DNA of 64,000 bases from IMG/VR virus record IMGVR_UViG_3300050034_000334; one strand, written 5' to 3'. Positions 54,336 to 63,262 of the stretch are shown here, piece after piece. The notes under the pieces are model-generated. The model made no database searches. It was given only the letters and a program-made list of their open reading frames with translations, and was not told where the DNA came from. The DNA comes from a virus. A program made the translations under genes and the position numbers. Positions within the stretch are counted from its first letter, which is position 1. Each line of letters opens with the position of its first letter.

Positions 54336-54542
54336 ATGGCTAAAATCGCAAAGCAGGATCGGGAAACCATGAACGCTCTTTTCACCAAGGAGCTTTCTCG
54401 GATGACAGGCACCAAGATCGCCGGGGAGAAAGACCTCCAGGCCTTCAAGGACCATGAGGAGTACATGGCAACTCTGTCGTCTGTGCTGGCTGATGACAAG
54501 ACCGAAGGCGGCCAGGACCCTAACGCGAATTTCTTTGAGTGA
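54336..54542 (+). CDS. small hypothetical protein (KIAG motif)
   Basis: CAGGAG RBS; own promoter motif and terminator. Confidence 0.8.
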   Translation: MAKIAKQDRETMNALFTKELSRMTGTKIAGEKDLQAFKDHEEYMATLSSVLADDKTEGGQDPNANFFE

Positions 54543-54560
54543 TCGAAAAACGTACTTTCG

Positions 54561-54598
54561 ACCTCCACCAGTATCAGATCGGACTGGTGGAGGTTTCT
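54561..54598 (+). terminator. intrinsic terminator, possibly bidirectional
   Basis: ACCTCCACCAGT/ACTGGTGGAGGT 12-bp stem followed by TTCT, between convergent genes. Confidence 0.75.
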
Positions 54599-54701
54599 GG
54601 TATGTTTGTCTATGTGATAGTCAATGCGGATTGAACTATCGGACTCATCGCTTCACCTGCTCTGCTGCGCGGGAGACTTCCTTCCCCGTATTCAACTACG
54701 A

Positions 54702-57700
54702 TCAAAGCACCGTAACATTGTATGCCAGACTCGCTGGCGTGCCTGTTCCACAAACATACACAGTCACTACCCCTGTTGCAGTGACGGAGGCCCGCACGTT
54801 GAATGCACCGCCTACATCCACTCCCGTCGTGCTGCTCACTGCTACTGGATGCCCTACAACTGCTCCTGTCACCGTCGCCGTGCCTGAATCGCAGGTTGCC
54901 GTTAGCGCCGTTCCTGTGATTGTCCCGGTCGTGCCAGTCAAGACGAGTTCAACGTAAGCCGCCCCTGTGTTATTGGCAGATTTATTACCGAGAGCCGCCG
55001 AGGGTAAGAGTATGCCATTGGCGTTGTAATAAGCCCCCGGAGTCTTTACTCCATTGCCATTTGCAAAGGCTCGGAAAAGCTCGGACGGGGAAGTCGTATT
55101 GGTCGTCGAAACAATGAAATCGTCGGTGGTTGCGTCCTTTCCGTAGAACATATCAACAAGGTAATAGCCCGCCGCTGATGTACCGCAGAAAATCCCCACT
55201 CCTCCATAGCAGCGCGTCGCCTCTGTCGTGGCTGATCCGGTTCCTAGCGAAGTCTGCGTGCTGAAAAGGCTGAAAAGACTATTTCCCGCATTTGCGGTGC
55301 TTGTGGATACGGTTAGCTGGTCGATGTAGCCGTTGCCGTTCGATGGATCAATACTGAATAACGTTACCGCTGGAAGAATAGGAGTAGTTTCTGTAGAATA
55401 AATCAGCTTATCAGTTGCAGCATCTTTACCAAAAAAGGTGCTTCGAGAATAGTTCCCATTTAGGTTAATTCCGGCATAGCTTCCAGGGGCAGAATATATC
55501 GCCAGACCAGCTATATTCGAAGTCCTGGGTGCTAGAACGGCGGTCGCTACTGCTGCCGTTCCTGTTCCACCTGTAAAGGCCACGCTCGGCGCGGACGAGC
55601 CGTATGTCCCCCCATTCGTTACGGTTGCGTTGATTACTTGCAAAGAGCTTCCCACTGTGGCGCAGATTGGCGTTGCGGCTGCTGAACCTGAACCGAAGGT
55701 AATGCCGGTGGGACAAACCGTGTATGAGCCACCACTACTTATATTCAAGTTGACCACTTGCTCTGTGTTATCGAGTGAAGTCTGCGCCGGGAAGAGAGAC
55801 AACAGACCTGCGCCCGTAGTACCAGCAGCGTTGGTAGTCGCGGATTGCAGCCCCCATGTGGCGGAGTTTGGATTGTAGTATAGGTGACAGTCCTGAGAAA
55901 TCCCGTTTGATTGCTGTGTGGGATAGGTCGAGAACGGAACTTCGAGGGTTGAAATATAGGTCGAGCAGTTGAGCGAATTTAGGTTTTGCGCTCCGTTAAC
56001 TTTCACCTCCGACCACCAGTTATTTTTTGCTCCGTTCATAGCATTTGAAAGCCCCGTATAGCTGATCGTCGCGCCCTCGTCCGTACCTACCAAATCGTGC
56101 AGAGAGTATGGGGCGATAGATACTTCAATGTTTCCTGAGCCGACAAACTGCTCGGTCACGTAGGAGTTATAGAGGTATGTCGCGCTTCCCACCTGAATCA
56201 GCACCGGATTAGCGACTTGCCCCCCAAGATTGTTTGCGCCTTCCCACAATGCAATGCGCGGAAACGTTAGAGTATTGGCCGGATTCTGCGTCCAGGTGTT
56301 GAAGTCTGTCGAGACAAAACGCGCAATATCGGTGGGGAGATCACCCACACCCGCCCCAGGATAAGCCACGTGCGCCCATGCCCAATAGAAGCCAGTCACG
56401 GCGTCCTTCCACAAATACGACCCGCTAACCATGTACGTTCCGTCTGCCCCCATCACAGGGTTGCCAGAGTACTTTACCCAGTTGATACCGTCGGTAGATG
56501 TAGCGGTTCCGGTTAGAAAATCTCCCTGTTGACCCTGAAAATATCCGTTTGTGTGAACTCCGTTTGCCTGATAAAGCATCCTCCATGTAGACCCATCTAC
56601 GAGAATTGATCCGGTTGCAATAACATAGTCATCCCATGCTCCACTCTGCAATGTTCCGCCGCTTAATACGGATGTTACGGTTCCCGGTGTGCCTCCGGCG
56701 GTCGCGGTGAAGGTTGGCAGGGTTGCGTAACCGGAACCAGTGGCGGATACGGTTGCGATGACGATGGCCCCACCGGATATTGTGACAGTAATCTGAGCGC
56801 CAGTACCCCCTCCTCCAGCGCCGTTGATCGTATATGTTCCGTCCGTCTGCCCCGAACCCGGTGTAAGGATTGTCGCGCCGGTTTGCCCGAGCACTACTCC
56901 AGAAAGATTCGCAGTGGTAAGAATTCCCGCCGCAAGATTGGCGGCACTGCTGGCGGTGTAAACCTCAATCCTGTTTTGCAGGGGCATCGGCACTGCGTAA
57001 ACGTAGTAAGTTGAACCCTGATGTACAAGCTGCGAACGTGCGTGATTCAAAAGTATAGGAGTGGCCGCGCTCACCCATCCATTTACACCGTTCAGCGATT
57101 CTGCATAGCAGATGTTCGACGTGCTGCTAGTGCCCGTAGTTTTGAATACAACCGTTCCCGACGAGAGTCCTAACAGTTGCGAGTTCGCATCCTGAATGAC
57201 GGACGGTTCGCCGACAACGTTACACGGATTGGAGGTGTAGCCTATTGGTCCTTTGCGATCCCACACGGTAGACATAAGAATCTTCGAGGTTGTGCCTTCG
57301 GCAATGCTTGGGGGGGTAAATCCATCATCGGATGTGGTGCCTGCTGTAACGCTCGGCGCGCTCACCGGCCCGGTAAACGCCGCGCCGGTCAGAGCCGCGC
57401 CGCCCAGGTTCGCCAGCGCCCCGGCTGCTGTGGTTGCGCCGGTGCCGCCTGCTGTTATTGGTACTGTATTCTCGCCGGATACAGCCGTGCCGTTCGCCGG
57501 ATAGTAGGCAATCTGCCCCGTTGTGCCACTGTTCACCGTGCCGCTGCCACCTGGATTGCCGCATCCTGTGCCGTCTGCCTTGGCGTAGAGCCCAGTGCAA
57601 GAACCGCTTGCACCGCCGATAGTGACAGGGTCCGTAGCGCCAGCCGCTAGGGTACTTGCAGTAATCTGCTTTGTAGTGGTCATATTGCCTTGACTATCTA

Positions 57701-58349
57701 CAGTGAGATTAGGAATCGCAGGCTGGGCAGCGTTAGCTGTTGACTGAGCATTTGAAGCGGCAGAACGAGCCGTTGAATCGTCGGCACTTCCAGAAAGTGC
57801 GGTGCGTGCAGTTGAATCGTTAGCTGAACCAGACAAGGCAGTTCGTGCAGTGGAGTCATTAGCTGAACCGGAAAGAGCTGAATTGGCACTTGACTGAGCA
57901 GTAGCTGCAGCAAGTCTTGCAATGGAGTCGTTAGCCAAACCACTTGCAGCATTTTCTTGTAAAGAAGCACGAGCATCTGTAATTCCTGTGGTGGGAACAA
58001 TAGCAGTGCCATTGGTCACTACAACAGCAATTGGAATATCTGAAGCTGTAAAGGAGGTTGTTTTCACCGCTGGAATACAAGAAGAGGATGTGTTCAGATA
58101 CACGTAGTTGGTTGTAGAAGCACTCATAGTTAGAGTGCTTGCTGTATAGGTTACGATTGTTCCTGTACAATTAGCAGTTCCACCACCTAAGTTGAGGACA
58201 AGTCCAGTTCCAGGTGTTGGATCATAGCTTCCTTGAACGTACTTGGCTTTTAGAGCGGAAACTGGAGCATTGGGATTTTGAGGTTGTTGAGCAACAATAG
58301 CAGTAGTCACAACCATTGCGAATGTTAGGAAAGCCAAGAGGGTTTTCAT
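54702..58349 (-). CDS. tail-fibre / receptor-binding-like protein with 5-bladed beta-propeller glycoside hydrolase domain
   Basis: Gly/Thr/Ser-rich; GGTGATTAAGALANLG fibre motif; EPSVI, YAES.NG.NGW, WD...I....ILVDG..WRMLY, ATSTDGINWVKY.GNPV blades; N-terminal signal-like peptide. Confidence 0.75.
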   Translation of the reverse strand: MKTLLAFLTFAMVVTTAIVAQQPQNPNAPVSALKAKYVQGSYDPTPGTGLVLNLGGGTANCTGTIVTYTASTLTMSASTTNYVYLNTSSSCIPAVKTTSFTASDIPIAVVVTNGTAIVPTTGITDARASLQENAASGLANDSIARLAAATAQSSANSALSGSANDSTARTALSGSANDSTARTALSGSADDSTARSAASNAQSTANAAQPAIPNLTVDSQGNMTTTKQITASTLAAGATDPVTIGGASGSCTGLYAKADGTGCGNPGGSGTVNSGTTGQIAYYPANGTAVSGENTVPITAGGTGATTAAGALANLGGAALTGAAFTGPVSAPSVTAGTTSDDGFTPPSIAEGTTSKILMSTVWDRKGPIGYTSNPCNVVGEPSVIQDANSQLLGLSSGTVVFKTTGTSSTSNICYAESLNGVNGWVSAATPILLNHARSQLVHQGSTYYVYAVPMPLQNRIEVYTASSAANLAAGILTTANLSGVVLGQTGATILTPGSGQTDGTYTINGAGGGGTGAQITVTISGGAIVIATVSATGSGYATLPTFTATAGGTPGTVTSVLSGGTLQSGAWDDYVIATGSILVDGSTWRMLYQANGVHTNGYFQGQQGDFLTGTATSTDGINWVKYSGNPVMGADGTYMVSGSYLWKDAVTGFYWAWAHVAYPGAGVGDLPTDIARFVSTDFNTWTQNPANTLTFPRIALWEGANNLGGQVANPVLIQVGSATYLYNSYVTEQFVGSGNIEVSIAPYSLHDLVGTDEGATISYTGLSNAMNGAKNNWWSEVKVNGAQNLNSLNCSTYISTLEVPFSTYPTQQSNGISQDCHLYYNPNSATWGLQSATTNAAGTTGAGLLSLFPAQTSLDNTEQVVNLNISSGGSYTVCPTGITFGSGSAAATPICATVGSSLQVINATVTNGGTYGSSAPSVAFTGGTGTAAVATAVLAPRTSNIAGLAIYSAPGSYAGINLNGNYSRSTFFGKDAATDKLIYSTETTPILPAVTLFSIDPSNGNGYIDQLTVSTSTANAGNSLFSLFSTQTSLGTGSATTEATRCYGGVGIFCGTSAAGYYLVDMFYGKDATTDDFIVSTTNTTSPSELFRAFANGNGVKTPGAYYNANGILLPSAALGNKSANNTGAAYVELVLTGTTGTITGTALTATCDSGTATVTGAVVGHPVAVSSTTGVDVGGAFNVRASVTATGVVTVYVCGTGTPASLAYNVTVL
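57770..57945 (-). repeat. degenerate 13-aa coding repeat SGSANDSTARTAL (about 4 copies)
   Basis: Visible in translation; codons diverge between copies. Confidence 0.85.
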
Positions 58350-58354
58350 GAGAG

Positions 58355-58674
58355 TTAAACTCCAAACACAAAGAAATTTTCAGTGGTGAACTGGTCTGGT
58401 GGAAGGTTAGAGAGAGAGGCAGAACTGGTTGAACATGCCATCCTATTTGATAGTTCCCTTTCCAATTTATGGGAATGGTGAAGCTGGCATAGTAGCAACC
58501 TAGAGAAGAACAGGCTGGCATTTGATTGGCAAGGACAGAAATGAGTGTTCCTTCTGAGATCCCCACAATGCTGTAATTTATGAAAAATGGGGATACGAGA
58601 TCACCAGTAGAGTCTAGGACCTGAATAGCTAGGTCAGACGTACCTAGTGTTCTTCCTGGTGTGAATGCTCGCAT
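58355..58674 (-). CDS. Ig-like structural hypothetical protein, apparently frameshifted near the 3' end
   Basis: G.YYASFTIP.NW.G.YQI.W; the alternate frame ends ...PPDQFTTENFFVFGV at TAA 58355, 5 nt before the next start. Confidence 0.6.
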
Positions 58675-58731
58675 CGTTCCCTTCCCCTCACTTTAGATTG
58701 AAAAGTCGTTATCCTAGCAACGGAAGTCAGG

Positions 58732-59094
58732 CTAGTGGAAGCAAGCAGCGATTGCGGTAACGTCTATATCAGATGCAGTCAAGTACAGATAGAGAGCATC
58801 AAACGGAGTACTCTGAAACCAGATTAGCCCTCCAGAGGTCATTTGTAGCACAACTGCTGATGGAGGGATTCCTAGGCTATGAGCAACTGTAAAATTGCCA
58901 GGAGCAGAGGAAGATACGGGTATATTGCTAACCGTAGTGCCAGCAGGTTGAATATGCACCCACGCCAATCCAGTATCGTACCATTCTTGTCCGGTATCTG
59001 TTGCGAAGTACCTTCGTCCTGGAATTCCAAAAGTTGGAAGATTTGCGTAGGGACCAATCGCACTCACTGTTGACAAAAGAACAGGTGAACTCAT
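58732..59094 (-). CDS. structural protein (tail-associated)
   Basis: GRRYFATDTG..W.D.G.AW and FTVAHSLG..P motifs typical of phage fibre/adhesin modules. Confidence 0.7.
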   Translation of the reverse strand: MSSPVLLSTVSAIGPYANLPTFGIPGRRYFATDTGQEWYDTGLAWVHIQPAGTTVSNIPVSSSAPGNFTVAHSLGIPPSAVVLQMTSGGLIWFQSTPFDALYLYLTASDIDVTAIAACFH

Positions 59095-59585
59095 AGGTAC
59101 ACTCCAATCGGTTGCAACGTGCCATCAACATCAGCGTAGACGAAAGGCCCAAATTCAGTAATTTCCAGATACGACAGTACCTTTGGTACTCCACAAACTA
59201 CAGCAAAACCGTAAAGTCTCGATTCAATGGAATCAAGCACCTCAATCAGTTGTGGTACACTACTAATCATTGCGTAAATGAAAGTTCCAGAATTATCAAC
59301 CGCCAGGTAAGGAGAAACTGTAAATGGCGGGTTTGGCATGTGGTGAATCACCTGTACAACATTGTCCGTAGTTAGCGAGATTCCCAAGTACAGCTGGTAA
59401 GTTGTCGTGGCAGCGTCATACAAGAAAGATTTCACCTGAATTTGAATACCATCCACCCAAACCTCAACATCAGTCATGGGATTGAAATTCACCGTTAGGG
59501 CATCCACAGTTCGACTGAATGGTCCTCCTATCGAAGAGATCAGGTTGACCACGTTCCCAAGGAACTCTGTGCTAACCTGTGACAT
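59091..59585 (-). CDS. hypothetical structural protein
   Basis: beta-rich; VEVWVDG; translationally coupled. Confidence 0.7.
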   Translation of the reverse strand: MSQVSTEFLGNVVNLISSIGGPFSRTVDALTVNFNPMTDVEVWVDGIQIQVKSFLYDAATTTYQLYLGISLTTDNVVQVIHHMPNPPFTVSPYLAVDNSGTFIYAMISSVPQLIEVLDSIESRLYGFAVVCGVPKVLSYLEITEFGPFVYADVDGTLQPIGVYL

Positions 59586-61827
59586 CTTCGGTCTCCTCTT
59601 TCTCTTCGTCTAATGAAGACACCCTGAAATTCTGGTTCCTGTTGCGATTCTTCTTCCAGTTGTTGAACTTGTCATCCCGCATCTTCTTCAACCTCTTGCG
59701 ATCGCCTTCTGCTTGTTCTTCGAGCTTGCGCTTTTCCTCCACAAGCATTTGGTCGATGAGGTCGTGATTCTGTGAATGGCTTTCCTCTTCGTCTTTAACA
59801 TGCACTTCCTCTTTTCGAGGTTGTTGCAACTTTTCTTTCTGTTCCGCCGGGGTGGGCTGTGCTTCAACTGCAGCAGGAGCAGTGCGCTCAATTTCACGCT
59901 CGGTCTGTTCGTCAAGCTCAGCTTCTTCCTGCAGAAGACGATCACGCTCCTTGCGCTGCATCTCCTCAAGATCTTCTTTCTCCTTGGGAGTTCTGCGCTT
60001 CTTCTTGAGCAGCTGACGCTGGCGCATAGCCTCCTGCTCACGATCAAGACGAGTAGGAGCTTTGGTAGGAGTCTGCTTGTATTCCTCAACCACCTTCTCA
60101 CGAACCAGGTTCTGAATATTGTGCTGAACAGCCGGAAGGATGCGTTCACACACGGCCTTAATGTGTTTACAAATCAGAGCATTCGTTCTTAAATCGAGCC
60201 TTTCTTTGGGAGCTTGAAGTTTTGGTCTGGGTTCTCCTTCTAAAGCATCACGTTCATGAAGGTTCCACTGATTTCCCCAGTACAGGAACGCCGGGCAATT
60301 ATGTACCACCACTCCGTTAGCAATGAACGATTCGTCTTCTTCTACTGTCAAATCAAAAAATGATGGAGGACAGGATACCTGCTTCGCATAATTAAGGCAA
60401 CGAAGAAATCCTTCTCTCCATTCCAAATCTCTAGATTCAGAAAACACTTTTCCCAGAGATTTTTCAACTCGTTCTTTATCTCTTTCACGTAGCCATTTGA
60501 ACATTCGAAGAACTAGAGCAGGGTACTGTCTGTAGCTAATTCGCAGTCTAGTGTTAGTAAAACTTTGCCAAACTCCTTGGCTAAAGAGGAAAAAAGAGAT
60601 TTGTTGAAGAAGATTTCTAGAGTAAGAAACAATATCTTGAGTGTCGTACTCGATGTTTCCATCCCCTAGAGCATGACTAGAGATCAAATTCCACATTGCT
60701 TCCACATCCCAAGCGAGTATTTCCTCTGATAGTCTCTTGGTTAGACTACCTTGCCCACACAATTCATACATCTGCTTAGCGAACTGGGAATCTTTCACTC
60801 TGACATTTATCCAACTATACTCAGAGTTGTCCTCAATCTCGATTCGAGCATTAGGACCAAGGTAGCGACGTGCTCGTTCTGCTGTATCCTTGACTACAGT
60901 GTCTTTTTCGTTACGATTGTAGGTAAATGTTACTTCGTAGGCAGAGTACTGCTCTCCGTCAACCACCACCTGAGCTGCTTTAACTTTCTTGGTAGACCTT
61001 CTTTTATGTAAATGCAAGCAACCTTCAGCGAGGTAGTATCCTGTCAAAGCAGCAAGATCTGGATCAACTACCTTAGTTCCTGTCCACGCGAACTTAGGGA
61101 AGTACAGTGTCTCTCGGTCAACTATTTCCAAGGGAGTTTTCCAAAAAGAAGAAATCTCTGGTTTAACCAACAGTCTAGTATTTCCTAGAGTGTTATGTCC
61201 GGATAAGAAATTTCTACCAAGTCTCTTTTTAACAACAGAAGAATACTTTCCTGAAGTGGGCCATAGGGGTGCTCCACATCCACAAGCACAATTTTCTCTT
61301 CCTCTGACTACAGCAATAGGATGATCTTCAGACAAAATAAGCGGAGTCTGGTACCCTTTGGCTTTAACCTCCCAAGCCTGTTCTCCTTCTCTAGGTTTTC
61401 TTTCCGACACCGCTGTGACTTTCTTAGCTCTTCCCTTGTGAGTGATGACATGATCACCTACAGATACTTCATCTATTCTCTTCTCTGTTCCATCAGCCAT
61501 CCTAATCATGCTGTCTAGAGCTACACAGCTGCAGTTCACTTTGATATCCAGATCATTGGCTCTCATTTCCGGAGTAACCTTAGACACGTCAAAGTGAACT
61601 TTCACATCATGACCGTTAGGATCGCTAGTTTCAAGATTACATTTGACATTATAACGAAGGAAAAGGTCTTTGGGATCAGAAGCCTCAAGATGGGGAACGC
61701 AACCTGGTCTATTTTTCACAGAAAAACTGTTTGTTTGGGACACTAATTCCGGCAAAGATATAGCCAGCTTCACCTTCTTGGTAAGGTAATCCGACAATTT
61801 GAAAGAAGACCAGATTTCGCTCATCAT
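59572..61827 (-). CDS. SWIM zinc-finger protein interrupted by an intein
   Basis: Spliced extein reads VNCS-CPAFLYWG...ICKH (SWIM CxC...CxH); charged coiled-coil C-terminus. Confidence 0.85.
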   Translation of the reverse strand: MMSEIWSSFKLSDYLTKKVKLAISLPELVSQTNSFSVKNRPGCVPHLEASDPKDLFLRYNVKCNLETSDPNGHDVKVHFDVSKVTPEMRANDLDIKVNCSCVALDSMIRMADGTEKRIDEVSVGDHVITHKGRAKKVTAVSERKPREGEQAWEVKAKGYQTPLILSEDHPIAVVRGRENCACGCGAPLWPTSGKYSSVVKKRLGRNFLSGHNTLGNTRLLVKPEISSFWKTPLEIVDRETLYFPKFAWTGTKVVDPDLAALTGYYLAEGCLHLHKRRSTKKVKAAQVVVDGEQYSAYEVTFTYNRNEKDTVVKDTAERARRYLGPNARIEIEDNSEYSWINVRVKDSQFAKQMYELCGQGSLTKRLSEEILAWDVEAMWNLISSHALGDGNIEYDTQDIVSYSRNLLQQISFFLFSQGVWQSFTNTRLRISYRQYPALVLRMFKWLRERDKERVEKSLGKVFSESRDLEWREGFLRCLNYAKQVSCPPSFFDLTVEEDESFIANGVVVHNCPAFLYWGNQWNLHERDALEGEPRPKLQAPKERLDLRTNALICKHIKAVCERILPAVQHNIQNLVREKVVEEYKQTPTKAPTRLDREQEAMRQRQLLKKKRRTPKEKEDLEEMQRKERDRLLQEEAELDEQTEREIERTAPAAVEAQPTPAEQKEKLQQPRKEEVHVKDEEESHSQNHDLIDQMLVEEKRKLEEQAEGDRKRLKKMRDDKFNNWKKNRNRNQNFRVSSLDEEKEETEDVTG
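60298..61527 (-). mobile_element. intein (410 aa) with LAGLIDADG endonuclease
   Basis: Block A CVALDSMIRMADG, block B SEDHP, LTGYYLAEG and HALGDG, block F/G FDLTVEEDESFIANGVVVHN followed by Cys. Confidence 0.95.
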
Positions 61828-61836
61828 TTAGAATCT

Positions 61837-61866
61837 CAAAGTCTGACTTTCTCATTCTAAGTCAGA
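61837..61866. promoter_or_regulatory. back-to-back divergent GACTWYY-NNAHTC promoter-like motifs
   Basis: Minus strand GACTTTG AGATTC TAAAT before 61827; plus strand GACTTTC TCATTC TAAGT before ATG 61866. Confidence 0.65.
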
Positions 61867-62534
61867 TGGACATCACAATGAAAACCGGGTATGTTTCTCC
61901 GCCAAAAGGACAGTTGAGTCTCACTGTCATCCGCGATGCTCATCCCACTGTGGTCATGACTCTTGATCTCGGAATTCCGAACTTCACAGTCTTCAGTTTG
62001 AAGTACCCATTGGTGGACGACGAGAAGCGAGCCATGAGTGAACTGACAGCCGAAGCTCTCAATGCCCTGAATGACGATGTCATCACGTTCATGCTGAGCA
62101 TGGGATACGCTGAAGAGGTCTGTGTACAGATCTGTGCAACAGTCCTCACTTGCTTCAAGAATTTCAGTCCAAAGAACGACACCCAGGCAAATTTGCCCAT
62201 GGTCGGACATGACGACAGTATTGTGACCTATGAGGGCGAATTTGTAATGCCACAGATCTTTGTGGACGAGACATACGACAAGGTGGTCACAGCTGCTACA
62301 ATCATCAAGAGGTTGCCAATTGTTCGTCACTTGGAATTGACTCATGTGCCTCCCACAAAGAACACGATGTCAGACGCAGCGAGGGCTGTGAAGCTATTCC
62401 GTGGTGTGAGTCTCACAAGCCAACCTCAACCTCTCTATGTCATGGTGTACGATCAAAAAGGTAGATCTCGAGGCGTTTTGCCGATGTCACCAGGTTTCAA
62501 AAATCAAGTCTTGCAAAATCTGAGGAAACGATGA
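61866..62534 (+). CDS. hypothetical protein
   Basis: 222-aa ORF with KTG and TAA motifs. Confidence 0.75.
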   Translation: MDITMKTGYVSPPKGQLSLTVIRDAHPTVVMTLDLGIPNFTVFSLKYPLVDDEKRAMSELTAEALNALNDDVITFMLSMGYAEEVCVQICATVLTCFKNFSPKNDTQANLPMVGHDDSIVTYEGEFVMPQIFVDETYDKVVTAATIIKRLPIVRHLELTHVPPTKNTMSDAARAVKLFRGVSLTSQPQPLYVMVYDQKGRSRGVLPMSPGFKNQVLQNLRKR

Positions 62535-63184
62535 ACAATCCAATCCAGCAGTATATCGATCCTATTCCCTATCGCCTGAATGGTCACATCCGGATCTTCC
62601 CGAAGCCAACCGTGAAGAAGCCAATTGTGGAACCGATCTTTGATGAAAAGAACGTCATCGTGATCACGGTGAAGTCCCTCTTCGCTCGACTAATGAAGAA
62701 CTCTGTCGAGCCTCAGTTCGGCATCTGGGGTCTGGCTGTTGGACTGGGTGACGGATTATGGCAGACTGCTCCACTCGAGAATGCAAGCACTTCTGCCTTG
62801 ATCGGACCCTTGGCAAATCGTCCTCTGTCATCGGCCAACTTCGTGGACATCAGCTATAATCCGCTGCCGGCAGGACAATTCTACGATCCAACTGATCTAT
62901 CCACGGTGCGTGTCGATTTCCAAACGGAGATCACTTCACCTGATGACATTCCGGCTAATTCTCAGATCCGGGAGATGGGGCTGATTGGAGGAGGATCTAC
63001 TGCCAGTGCCACAAACATGGCCTCAGTTGCAACTCCGTATTGGATTCCAGGTGCCACAGGAAACGTATTATTTCCCACGGCTCCAAGTTTGAATAGCGTG
63101 GTGCTTGTGAACTATAAATCACTACCTCCGCTAAATCTTCCTCCGGAAGTACCATTTATATTTTCTTGGATTATCGCCTTTTGA
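62531..63184 (+). CDS. tail/baseplate-associated structural protein
   Basis: KNVIV, LAVG.G, IREMGL.GG, LVNYK..P....IFSWIIAF pattern typical of phage tail-fibre proximal/baseplate proteins. Confidence 0.7.
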   Translation: MNNPIQQYIDPIPYRLNGHIRIFPKPTVKKPIVEPIFDEKNVIVITVKSLFARLMKNSVEPQFGIWGLAVGLGDGLWQTAPLENASTSALIGPLANRPLSSANFVDISYNPLPAGQFYDPTDLSTVRVDFQTEITSPDDIPANSQIREMGLIGGGSTASATNMASVATPYWIPGATGNVLFPTAPSLNSVVLVNYKSLPPLNLPPEVPFIFSWIIAF

Positions 63185-63218
63185 TCCAGTCACTTTCATC
63201 CCACCCATAGCCAGGTTG

Positions 63219-63251
63219 GATCTAGGGGAGTGAAACACACTCCCCTAGATC
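63219..63251. terminator. perfect 14-bp inverted repeat between convergent genes
   Basis: GATCTAGGGGAGTG-AAACA-CACTCCCCTAGATC. Confidence 0.75.
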
Positions 63252-63262
63252 ATCGTTCAGGA

